DNA of 64,000 bases from positions 11,222,001 to 11,286,000 of the forward strand of contig OU015568.1 in NCBI GenBank assembly GCA_907165135.1, written 5' to 3'. This document shows, in pieces, positions 34,789-46,300 of the stretch. Source of the DNA: Oikopleura dioica (Eukaryota; Animalia; Chordata). A program made the position numbers and the translations under genes. The number at the start of each line of letters is the position of its first letter. Position 1 is the stretch's first letter. The notes under the pieces are model-generated. The model was not told the DNA's origin. It ran no database searches and saw only the letters and a list, made by a program, of their open reading frames with translations.

Positions 34789-36226
34789 TTACATTACGAG
34801 GTCAAAATATTCGCCAAGATCGTCCATCGTTGCCCCTTCAAAAAGCCTGCCAAAGCACTGCGAATTGTTCGAGTTAAAATGAGAGTATGGATTTGCTCGA
34901 TCAACGATGCGACCGCACAAGTAGCAAAAGTAGGTCTAAAAGGAATTAGAAGTGATCCGATGCGGGAAAGTTTTTAACATACCCCGCAAGTGCCGCAAAC
35001 CATCTTGTTGCAGCCATCAGACTTGATGATTGCCTGATTACATTTTGGACACGGGACGGAATTTTCGCGGATAAAAGCCATGCTCTACAAATTTCAATAC
35101 TCACCAGGAAAAATGGATTGGTCTTACCTTGTGTTGTTCAACAATTGTCGAAATATTCCTCCCGTATCTATCCATCAATGCTTTGACCTTCTTTTTATCT
35201 CCCGATTTTTCAGCTTCTTCGTATTCCGCAATTATCTTTTTCGCTTCTTTCGAATTGACGGGGCAGGGCGCAGGAAAATGCGAGGAGCGGAAGCAAAGAT
35301 TGCAAAACGCATACTGGCAAACAGAACACATGCAGATTCGATCTTCCTTCGAGAGAATAATACTTGGCATTCTACAGCTCGGTCTTGGACAGTAAGCGAT
35401 GTCGTCCATTCCATCGAGGCCCTTCTGAAACATCAACTGCTCGAATCGATCAAACAGCTCTTTCGAGACACAATCTTTGAGGATACTGTAGGCGACTGCT
35501 TCTCCACAATGAGGACACTTGAGCGCTAGAACCGTGCCTTCCGTAATCATCACTTTGAAGAACTCGCCAAGACACTCTCTGCAGAAAATGTGCCCACAGG
35601 AAAGGAGCTCGCATTTTGATCCTTGTTTTGAAGTTAAGCAGATTTCGCAGTCGGCGTATTTTGAATTGAACTCTTGCTTCTTCGTATTTGAATTGTAATC
35701 GATCAAGTTAGCGAACATTGACGCGCCGTCTCTGTATTCTGATCGAAGAATGTTTCCAGATTCGAGCTTTTTAACCGTGTTCTTTTGAATTCTTTCGATT
35801 ACCACGCCTTCTGACAGCTCAAGGGCTTCGTAAAGCTCATCTTGAATCAAATTAATCCAGAGGAAAAGTACTTCTGTATCTTCTTCGAATGCGTCCAGAA
35901 GAAGATCATGAAGCTTCTCGAGCTTGTCGGTCCCTAGCCAGGAGCAGGAAAGAGTAAGAAGAGGCGGCAGAGTCTCTGGATATTCTTTTCGCAAGTTGAC
36001 TTTGAGCGATATCGGGGGCAAATGAGACACTTTGATTTCAGATTCTTCGAATCGCACTGTCACATCTTCTTCGAGAACAGTTTTTATCGAGATTATTCCT
36101 GTTCCTCGCTCCTCATTCATGTAAAAATGGTCGTAAATTGACTGAAAGTAAAGTTAAATAATTATCCAAGAAGGCAACTGTTACCTCAAGTGCGAGTATT
36201 TCATCCCTTTGCCGCTCCGATGCCAT
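34789..36226 (-). CDS. RNF14: RBR E3 ubiquitin ligase RNF14/ARA54 (RWD-RING1-IBR-RING2)
   Basis: RQRDEILALESIY, HLPPISL..EYPETLPP..LSCSWL, CEICLT..CGHIFCRECL, YCPRPSC, KSDGCNKMVC, NPYSHF..CFGRLF. Confidence 0.92.
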
Positions 36227-36290
36227 TCTGAAAATTGAGCATATCAACTTTGAATCGACGAGTGGCGGAATTTTAGACTTTCTATTTTGG

Positions 36291-36551
36291 CTACTCTTCC
36301 GATTCCACCGATTCCTTCTTTCGTTTCTTGTCCGCTGGAGCGTCTGGATTTTCTTTTTCTGCCGCCTTTTCTATCTCGCAATATTGTGTCATTTTCGCAT
36401 TGATTACTTCGCGTAGCTTATCCATCGCTTCCGATAAGAGGCCTTCTTTAGACACCTAGAAATTAAGTTGATCTTGGTCAAGTTGCTGAAAAATCTCGTT
36501 TACCTCGAATTTATCTTCGCCGTGCTTGGATTTGATACTTGCTTTTAGCAT
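36291..36551 (-). CDS. About 70-aa protein, candidate KEOPS subunit GON7 (2 exons; missed by ORF track)
   Basis: MLKASIKSKHGEDKFE|VSKEGLLSEAMDKLREVINAKMTQYCEIEKAAEKENPDAPADKKRKKESVESEE*; GT-AG intron; TTTAG before ATG. Confidence 0.55.
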
Positions 36552-36702
36552 TCTAAAACGATGGAATGATCAATAAAGAAATGCGTCTTCTTGAGTAGTA
36601 GATTGCAATAAAGAGAACCTAGTGAACATTTCTTGAGTTGGACATAAACTGAACTAAAGCGATCAAAACGATCCGGGCAGGAAAGATGAATCATCTTCAA
36701 TC

Positions 36703-37476
36703 TCACATAAAATCGTCGGAATCATTGTCGGAGTCGTTGTTCGTCGTCGCGGGCGGATCATCTTCAAAGAGTCTATCGTATGACTTTTCGTATCTTTCCT
36801 TCTCGCATTGCAGCTTGAAGGCCTTTTCTTTCTCAGCTGCGTCTTTCGCCTTGGCTTTTGCTCGGCGAGGACTTCAGCGTCCCGGGCGAGTCGTTCCGCC
36901 TGCAGATCTGGCTTCATGTCCTCTGAGCGCGTCTTTTCGATCTTTTTCACGATGTCGTTGTTTTTCTTCACGGTGATGTACTGAAGAAACAAATAATCAC
37001 AAGATTACTTTTGAAAATATATACTTTGCAGCGCTTGTGATTATGATAGCCAATTTGACCGACGACCATGTCCGCAGTCTTCTTCAAATTCTCCCAAGGT
37101 GTATAGACGATTTTCGTTTCAGACATTTTGCAGCCCTAGGATTTAGTTATCGATTAACCTTTCTGTTTTTATCGGACCTTGATTGAGTTGGCCTTGACCA
37201 AAGATGCGCATTCCTCGACCACTTCTTGTGGAACGCTCTCAAAGGTCTCACCTCTTGGAAGGCGGAGATAAACGTGAGCAGACGATAAATCTAAGACGAA
37301 GGGAAATAATTCTAGTGGTGGAAAGGAAGCAAAAGAGTACCGTCAACGTGAAACCACAAATCTTCGGGCCATCCGTTGTGAATCAGCGCCTCGTTCTCAA
37401 ACTTATCTCGCCCCATGTAAATAATATATTTCTGCGCCAAGTCCGGCCTCGATTGACATGTGAAATAAAAAACCAT
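36703..37476 (-). CDS. CCDC25: Coiled-coil domain-containing protein 25 (apparent 1-nt frameshift near 36858)
   Basis: [59 protein letters not shown]; conserved DDFM* terminus lies in a shifted frame. Confidence 0.92.
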
Positions 37477-38130
37477 ACTACAAAGAATAAACAAGCTCAA
37501 CATTTGAAGATTCTGTATTTATTGCTTTTTGAAAAACATTTGATAAGAAAATATTGACTGAAAATTGCAACTTGCAACTGTAATTGAAAGAAATTCGGAT
37601 AAAATGAATAAATACGATACTATTCCTCGAAACGAGTAAAGTGTTTTTTCTTGATAAATGTTGTAATTTTTGTAGCAGTCTTTGGTTGTTGAAGACAAAA
37701 CAGTGGAAAAAGAATGCAGTTGAAAATAGAACAGTCCAGATGAACGAAATTTGAAATGTGCCATTTCAAATGGCTCATTTTTCGGCGTAGTTTTTTATAA
37801 AAAGCGTTATGTTCTGCAGAAAATCTTGTACTCAGTACTGTATACATTCAGTCGGATAAGTTTATAGAAAATGTAATAAAATGGCAAAAGGTAATCCCTA
37901 CACGCTAATTGAATACAGTAAAAACCAAGAAACGGGTGCTTTTTAGTCCCGGAATCGCGCAAAAAGCGACCGAAATTTGGATTTTGAAGTTGTAGCGCGA
38001 AACCAAAAAAAAATGGGCCTTCAAGCTGAATAAAAAAAAGTATTAAAAAATAAGGCACGGGTACGAAAGTGTATGAAACGGAGATTTTGATTTTGAGGGT
38101 TGATTTTTTCTTTCGATGCCGGGATTTTTC

Positions 38131-40064
38131 TTACGAGCGACTTGTTGGGCCGACTTTGTTCCAGTCGAAGACGAAATCGGTTTTGTAGCCGGCAGTCGTG
38201 AAGATATTTTTAAACAGGCACCTTTGAACGGGGATTATAATTGAAGAAGATGAAAAAATAAACCTTAGATGGGTGTAATCCGGACGCTCTTCAAACTTGA
38301 GCGTTCTGCAGATTTTTAGGTATTGAACAAACGCGTGCATCCAATGTGCCTCTTCTGAATTCTTCGCGCCGCATAATACCTTTTTGTAAAAATGAATTGC
38401 TTTCAAATTTCGAGAAAGTTACCTCAGGGGGTGTGCCCAGTTTCTTCTCTTTGATTTTATCGTATTTTTGTTTCTTGGTGACAGCTCTAAGCCCCTAAAT
38501 CAGCAGATCTCGCGACCGAATAACCCTGATGATTTTTTACCTGCCACGGAAGATGGCCTTTGATAAAATAAACCAAAACGTATCCAAGTGATTCTAAATC
38601 GTCTCGCCTACTTTGCTCGCATCCTAAATGCGTGTTCAGCGAGGCGTATCTACAAAAATGATTATTTTCGTTTTCAGAGAAAAGAAATTACCTGGCAGTT
38701 CCGGTCAAGCTCTTGTGCTCTTTGTATGAAATGTGAAAGTTGGTTGTTGGATCGCGGTAGCTAGAATACATCAATTAGCCTCAAATCGGAAAGTTGTTAT
38801 GAGAACTTACCGTTTGGCTAGACCAAAATCGATGATGTAAACCATGTTGCCTTTTTTCCTCAATCCCATGAGGAAATTATCTGGCTTGATGTCTCGGTGG
38901 ATGAAGTTTTTACTGAAGCAGTCGTTTAGTTCTCGATTTTAATTGCATCATTACGTAATTATCTGAAAATCGAGGAAGGGTCGTTGAAGAGTTATTGAGA
39001 GTGAATTTTGGAAAGAAATTTTGGACTTGGATCGATGAAAAGGCGGATAAAAGCGCGTTTGAAATCGAAAAAAGATACCGTTGATGGGACTCGAACCCAC
39101 AATCCTTGGCTTAGGAGGCCAATGCCTTATCCATTAGGCCACAACGGCTTGTCGTCACCGGCACAGAGTACAGTTATAAATACAACACTGTGCTCGAGAG
39201 AAAAAAATTATCGATTTCGTGGAATCTTATAGCCTCATGAGATCTTTTAAAATGTTTTATTTTTAGTTATACATAGAGCTAATCGATCTCAGATTTCGAT
39301 GAAAATTGAGGCTGGTAAAACCCTGCTGGGTTTGGTTGAACTGTTGTCGGAATTAAAATCGTCTTCATATAACGTAAGGTAAGGAAGTTTGTATACTCAC
39401 TTGCCGAAGCATAGTTGGGAAGTCAGTAAGTTTTTGTAATCATAGACTAAATCTTTGACCTCAAGAAAAAATCCCATATCCTCAAGGAAAGATCACCTTT
39501 ATGGCTTTCGCATTCTTCCCCAAGCGACTTACCTGTGGACGTATTCAATCCTGCAGATCATCTGATCAGCGAGCATGAGAACAGTCTTCATCGAAAACTT
39601 TCTGTTGCAGAAGTTGAACAAATCTTCCAGCGACGGCCCCAGAAGCTCCAAGATCTAGGGCAAAAAAATAAACCTCAAATTAAAAAAATATCTCTTACCA
39701 AAACATTATAGTCTCCTTCTGACCCCGACCATTTTATTTGTGGAATTCCGATGCCACCAGCCATTGCTCTGAAGAGAAATTAAGAATGGCTGCAGAAAGA
39801 AATATTAATTGTTTGATTTCTGTATATTAAACTTTGTAAAAGTTTACTTGTAAATTCTCGATTCGATATTGAGTTGCGGATGTCTGGTTTTGGTTGATTC
39901 AAGTTTGATGGCAACATCTTCGTTATTGTAGATATTCGATCCAAGGTAGATATCTCCAAACGATCCAGAGCCAATCTTCCGTCCCAGCCTGATTAATAAT
40001 CAACAAATGACCAAAAATAAAAGACGCACCGGAATTTGTTTCCAACTCTAAGTTCCTGCGCCAT
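38131..40064 (-). CDS. Casein kinase 1 (delta/epsilon/alpha group), multi-exon, very short C-tail
   Basis: [80 protein letters not shown]. Confidence 0.93.
39076..39148 (-). tRNA. tRNA-Arg (anticodon CCT) inside a CK1 intron
   Basis: GCCGTTGTGGCCTAATGGATAAGGCATTGGCCTCCTAAGCCAAGGATTGTGGGTTCGAGTCCCATCAACGGTA; cloverleaf, A and B boxes, T-run terminator directly downstream. Confidence 0.96.
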
Positions 40065-40814
40065 TTGCTCTACAGATTCATGAAGAACGATTTCGCCGTG
40101 TTGATTTCTGTCGAAGAGTCCCGAGCTGAAAAGTTCACTGCTCATTATTTATTCTCTCGGGTTAAGTCTTGTCTGGTCTGATTTGCTCGTGATTTGGAAT
40201 AAACGATTTGAAAAATTGAAATAGAATGAAGGTGCAAGGCGCCGCTTAGGATCTGTCAGCAGTTAAAAAGAGGGCCAAAGGTTAGTTTACTCGTGTGATC
40301 TTTATTTTTTATCCAGATTAGAGCCATTTTGAGAATTAGGCCAAAATCGTTAAAATATAAGGCAAAAGAGAAAATTCGGCAAAAGAAAATTTTGAAACAA
40401 AAAAAATATTCAGTATTTTTTAGAATAAATCATTCTTCCCAGGTTTTTCTTTATGAAAGCAATAGTTAAATTGAAGCTTTATGAAAGAACCACTTTTAGA
40501 CTGTAATTATTCTTTTACGAAACAAAGAGCCCCCTTTTGAGATATACAGAGTCTTACAGACTGACTGTCGTAAAATATCATTTATGCGTTTTGCTATAAA
40601 TAACTGTAGCCTACGTCTATTTCAATAATCACTTGTCCTCGTTAACGTGAACTTTGAACTACAGGGAGACTTACAGCAATGACGCGACGCTTCCAGCTGA
40701 CTGTATATATTTTCTAGAGACGCTTCTCTAGTCTTTTCTTTTGTTTCTGAAATTTGGTCTTTCGTTCGCTTTTGAAGTGGGAGCGAATTTGTCAAATCCG
40801 GAATCTGAAAATGA

Positions 40815-40900
40815 ATCTGGCGGGAGCGATGGCGCCAAGCCAATGAGCGGCGGATTTCCAAGCGCGACCAATCAGCGACAAGCTGAAGATTCTGAGCGCG
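40815..40900. promoter_or_regulatory. GC-rich promoter-like segment with two CCAAT boxes between divergent CK1 and NCS-1
   Basis: AGCCAATGAGCG (~40838) and GACCAATCAGCG (~40866) match the NF-Y consensus, about 29 nt apart. Confidence 0.4.
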
Positions 40901-42271
40901 ATCTGAGAATTTGACAAAGCCTGAAATAGATCGTTTCCTTCGAATTACAATCAACCGGCAGCCCCATTAACCGCTCAACCGTGGGAATATTGTCCGGCGA
41001 ATTGTGATGATGATTATTGTAACACATCGTATTTCATTTTGGACTGTAGAAATTCTATCATTCGTGTTTTAAAACTGACACCTCCGTCAATCTGATGGAT
41101 CGCCTGGCTGAAACAGGTTCAGTGCACTCATAACTTAAATACCAGGCGGTAAAGAAGCGTCATCACCTACACTTTAAGTTGAAAGATCAGAGTCAACCTT
41201 CTGCGGCTACAGCAGATGCAGGAAGATGTAAAAGTTTAACTGATTTTTATTTTGATATTAGCGTGTTTATCGTGTATTTCGTTGTCTTGCTGTGATGGAT
41301 ACAACTCAAGACGACTGTAACCCTGGTCAGTTTTCTTCTTTTATGATAGAATCAGATAATATGGCTCATAGTATAATATGGCAAATTTCTGGATACTTGG
41401 GCGATTTGAGGAACACTATTATCTTCTGTAGAAGGTTTTTCCATCACTGGCGTACCTGGAATGAACTGTGAGCTCATCAGTAAGCGAGGGAAAGAGCGAC
41501 ACTATTTGAACAGATTGATTCGCCTTTTCCATAACGATGATGAGAAAGTTCAGTAAGAGTCGACTGAAGAAGCGCAAATTGCAGTTGGCCCATCTGATGG
41601 ATGAAAAGCTACAAAGGTGCTTACAAGCATTTGCATTCAATAAAATAACTTTAATTTAACTTTTTTTCTAATCAAGCTAATCGGCAAACCCGGCGCTCCG
41701 CAGATTTCACTCGCCGACTCGCTCACTTTTCGTTTTTGCAATAAAGAGTTTTTTTCAAAGAAGTCGTTTTAAGAAAAGTTTAAAAAATTTGGAAGACAAA
41801 TGTAAGTTCTTACTTTTTCTATTATCAATTTCGTGCTGGCAGTTTTTACCTGGGCTCGACAACCTGTGTAGAATACCTGAGTCAGGGTCTGAAAGATCAT
41901 TTATGAGGTTGCCGACCCCAGGCTTATACAGTACTCCGTATTGAGGTTAAAAGTGAACACGAGTAATCTACCCCACTCGTTATTTTCGGAAAACACACAA
42001 AGAGACCTTTCAAAAAATCCCAGGATAAGAAGATAACTCCCTGACATTCTCGATTTGAACCAAGAGTAGTAAAAGTATCCCTCCACTCGTAGTAGTCTAC
42101 AATTAGCATTTTGGACGAGCTATTAGATTGAACGTGATTTATTTTCGACGTCTTACGTTTACTTGTAGCAGCGGAGAATTAAAAGTGGTTATTACTTCCG
42201 AGACGTTTGCAGACGTTATCTCAGAGGCGAGCCGCTAAACGAGCAAAAACGTAAAAAGTAGCGAGAGAAAA

Positions 42272-43114
42272 ATGGGAGCTAAGCAGGCCAAGCTTACAAA
42301 GAAGGAGCTTGCCGATCTCAGCGACAAAACTAAATGTAAGTAGCAGCCGCTTTTCTCTCTGAAATGACAACGATCCAAGTTTCGCCGAAAGAGATCAAAC
42401 ACTGGCATCATGGTTTCATGAAGGACTGTCCAACCGGAAAGTTGTCCAAGGGCGAGTTTTCAAAAATCTACAATCAGTTCTTTCCAAAGGGAGATCCCAC
42501 TGCTTTCTCACAGTTAGATCAGTACATTTTTACTTTTCTTTAACTTTCTTTAAGATTTGTTTTCAACGTTTTTGACGATAACGGCGACGGTTCCATTGAG
42601 TTTGAAGAGTTTCTTCAGGTACTACTCCTCCACTTTTAATTGTTGTTTTCAAAATTCTAGGCGCTATCCGTGACATCACGAGGAAAACTCGAAGAAAAAC
42701 TGGAATGGGCTTTCCGACTTTACGATTTGGACAATGATGGAACAATCACAAGAAAAGAAATGACGGCGATCGTAGAGGCGATTTTCTCAATGGTTGGCGA
42801 GAACGAAAAGAAAGGTACTCTTCCTTGATTTCGTTTTGCCTCTACCCTATGTTTTAGAGAACTGTACTCCAAAGGAACGAGTTGACAAGATTTTTGATAA
42901 GATGGACAAGGTAAAATCAGTGTCGGGAAAAGAGCTTATAAAGGACGTTTGTAGGATGGAAATGGAAGCCTTTCAAAGGAAGAATTCATGGAAGTTGCAA
43001 AAACAGACAAATCAATCGTTCAAGGAAGGGCTCAAAGAAAGATTCAGTAGATTGCTGATTTGAGCAATTCTTGAGCCCAGAAAAGCCCTTTCTCTCTACG
43101 ACGGTATTGTCTAG
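42272..43114 (+). CDS. NCS1: Neuronal calcium sensor 1 / frequenin, 7 exons
   Basis: MG N-terminus, [75 protein letters not shown]. Confidence 0.93.
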
Positions 43115-43341
43115 TAGACTTCTCTAATTCTGACTTTATTTCTTGCGATCAAAATTAACCCACTAACTGCTGAGACAAAACTGAACAAAACCCAAATTAG
43201 TTGAATATTTTAAATTTAATAAATACATTTGATGATTCATGTATAAAATATACAGCGTATAAAATATTTGCAATAGTAAGAAATTTGTTTTCAAGTTTGC
43301 GTTGAAGGAAGTGGTTTTTTTAGTGAAAAATAGTTTTCGTT

Positions 43342-46300
43342 TTAGTCTGAAGAATTTTGCATGACGGAGAGATGACGGAGAAGCGCTGGGTGAAAGCCGG
43401 AAAGGAGTGGCAACTGAGGCTGAACGGTAAAATTAGAACAGAGATTAGTTTTCTTTGCTCACCTGAGATTCGACTGGAGAAGGAAAGTGAGGGAATCGCA
43501 TGAAGAGATTGGAGGAAAGAGCGGACTGTTGAGTTCGAGCAGATTCAATAGCCTTCAGGCGTTCGAGAAGAAGGGACTGGTCGAGTAGGGCTTGGTCGCG
43601 TTCTCTAGCCATTTGTTCGAATTTCTCCTGAACATGATTTTTAAACAATTTGTCTTTTTAAAATCATCAGAATTAGTACTGTATTATGGATTAATTTCAA
43701 TTGATCGAGTCCATCTGTTAAGAGAATATTTGCGTAAAATCACTCGCTAGGCGACGAGTATACATTAATGATTACTATCTGGCTCTGTGGCTTTTGATAA
43801 TGTACTATGTGGTAGTAGAGTACGTGCCATTATATGTGAAATTATAAGATATTAAATGAGGTTGAATATTGGTTTTCTTACCTTTTGCTCGGTGGCTTGG
43901 CTTTCATCTAGAGCTGCGGTCGTTTCTTTCGCACTCGAATGACTAAACACCGTATTAAAATGATGATTGTATATTTTGCAGTGTTAATATTAAATTGATC
44001 ACTGCCAAAAAACTCTCAATATTGCATTTGACACTTGCTAAAATCCCTCCGTAAAATGGCTATTTTGAAAAGTTTAAAAAAGAACAGGTCCAGTAGATTC
44101 TGAACAGAAGTTCATAAAAACTACCGTCAAATATTTTCACGCCTTTTTTCAAAAAAGAATTTTAAATTTATATATAAATTATATAAAGGTGAGATTAGCC
44201 AATCTGTCGGGCGTTGGCACCGTCTCAAGTGCTGCTCGAACAAGTGGCTGATCCCTTTCTTTTTGATGATTCGCTCATTAACTACCGCGAAAAGGTGCCT
44301 TCTACTTTGCAGGTTGATCCGCAGGTCAACTCTCGCGCTACATCTGGTCGCGTGAAATCCACCGCGGCTTATCAAGCAAAGAACATTCAAGCTCAAGTCT
44401 TGTATGTATCGACTTTTATACAGTAGTTAATAAAAGCGAAAAAGTCTGTATTGGATTGAACAAGCGCGAAATTGACAGTGTGTTTGATCGATTTGGAGGT
44501 CAAAAATACAGGTGTATTTTTTGTACTTGTCAATTTTATTTCGAAAAGTTTTTAAGAATCTTTCGATCTATAGAAACCATGCTACATACCCAATTTTCAG
44601 ACCAGACGAAGATCCAGACGTCTGCAACTCCTCCTTGTCTTCATTCGAGCTCGCTGAAATGTATTGTGATGATTTCGTTCGATGACGATAAATGCACCGA
44701 AAAGTGCAAATGCGACTCGTTGTTTGATCAGTTTCGCACTTGGCTTGCTCGGCGGTTGAAATTGATTTGTGTGATTGAGTTGAGCTAGCTTGAGCTAATT
44801 AAAGTTCAGCACTGTTCACATTTAATTTCAACACCACTCGATCACTTTTATCCGCAGAAGCAAGTCAACCTTAGTACAAGCGGATCATCCATTTCTCGTC
44901 TCCTTCTTTTCATTTTCAAATAATTAATCATCCCTTCGCGAAGATGCAGTAGCGATGCATGCTTCAAGATGAAAGATTTGTAAACTCAAGCAAGGATAAG
45001 AATAATATAAATTTGCTAATTCGGCGAATGCACATGTCAACTTGCCCCGGCTTATCGCAAAAGATCACCGCGAATAGTGACAGTAAGATTCAAGCTGAGA
45101 AAAGCTTTCGTATTTGTTAATAATTAACAAAAATACTGTCAATAATCTCAATTCATCCGTTTGGCTCTAACGTTTGGCAGAGTTTATCCATTTTTAACGA
45201 GAAAGTGATACTAAGTAGTCAGCTTCTTTCATCCCTTTTTACGCGTATTGCCAAGTCCAATCGCTGAGAAAATCACTTTTCGAGCGAAATTAAACTTTTA
45301 CAGGATGTACGCAGGTTCTAACCCAAGGACAAAAAATCAGCCAAAACTCACCATTGAGCGCGGAATCAGTAACTTCTGCCCTCGTTGGACTTGTGGAAAC
45401 ATCCGGCGATCGCGTGGTAGCTGTCGTCAGATCAAGAGGCGATGTCACGCTGTCTGATTTTGGCGTCGTTTTTATAGATGAGATCGAGTTGAGCTTCTTG
45501 GGGGTCTCGACGCTTGGCGGGGTCTGGCTCTGGCGGAAATTGTTCAAGTGAGGAGGGGTAGTTTGAGCCTGGGCTGCTTTTTGAGCGAGCTCGATCTTCT
45601 GGGCCATCATTTGGCTGAGCAAAGCTGGATTGGGAAAGAGCGAGCTGGGAAAGAGCGATGGCATCTGACCAGGAAGAGGAGGGAGTCGCTGACCAGGAGC
45701 AAGTCGCTATAATTTCTCGTTAGATTTCAAGAAGGACCAGCCCAAAGATCAAATACAGACTATTCGAGTATTTCGGAAATGTTACCGGAGGTGGAAAAGA
45801 AAAGAAAGTGCTTGCCTCGCCCCGAATCGTAAACACTTGACTTACGTTATGTGGTGAAAAGTGGCCAAGAGCGGCGGCTCCTTCTGGGAAGGGCAATTCT
45901 GGACGACGCTGCGGACTCAGGCGAACACCATGGTCGGTGTTTGGCTTTGGAAGGGAAGAGGGAAGTTGAAGAGGCGATTTTACGATGTTTTGGGGAGGCG
46001 ACATATGTCCTGTAGGAAAATGTTAATTTATAGAAAACTGACATTATTTTTACCTAGTGGCGACTTGCGGTTGTCTTTGTCTTGAGATGGTGGGATTCCA
46101 TTAGGGAATTTGCCGAGGAGATGTCGATTCTTCGCGGCAAAAGGGCATCCAGAAAGTGATCGGTGACTGTGGCGGTTTCCATTCACGTGACCTTTTCCAG
46201 TACAACCAGGAGTTGGACATTTGACTGTGTTTTCGTGCATCGCGAGGACTAAAAATTAATAATTATTGCTTGCTGTTCTATGATAAGACTTCGACATGGA

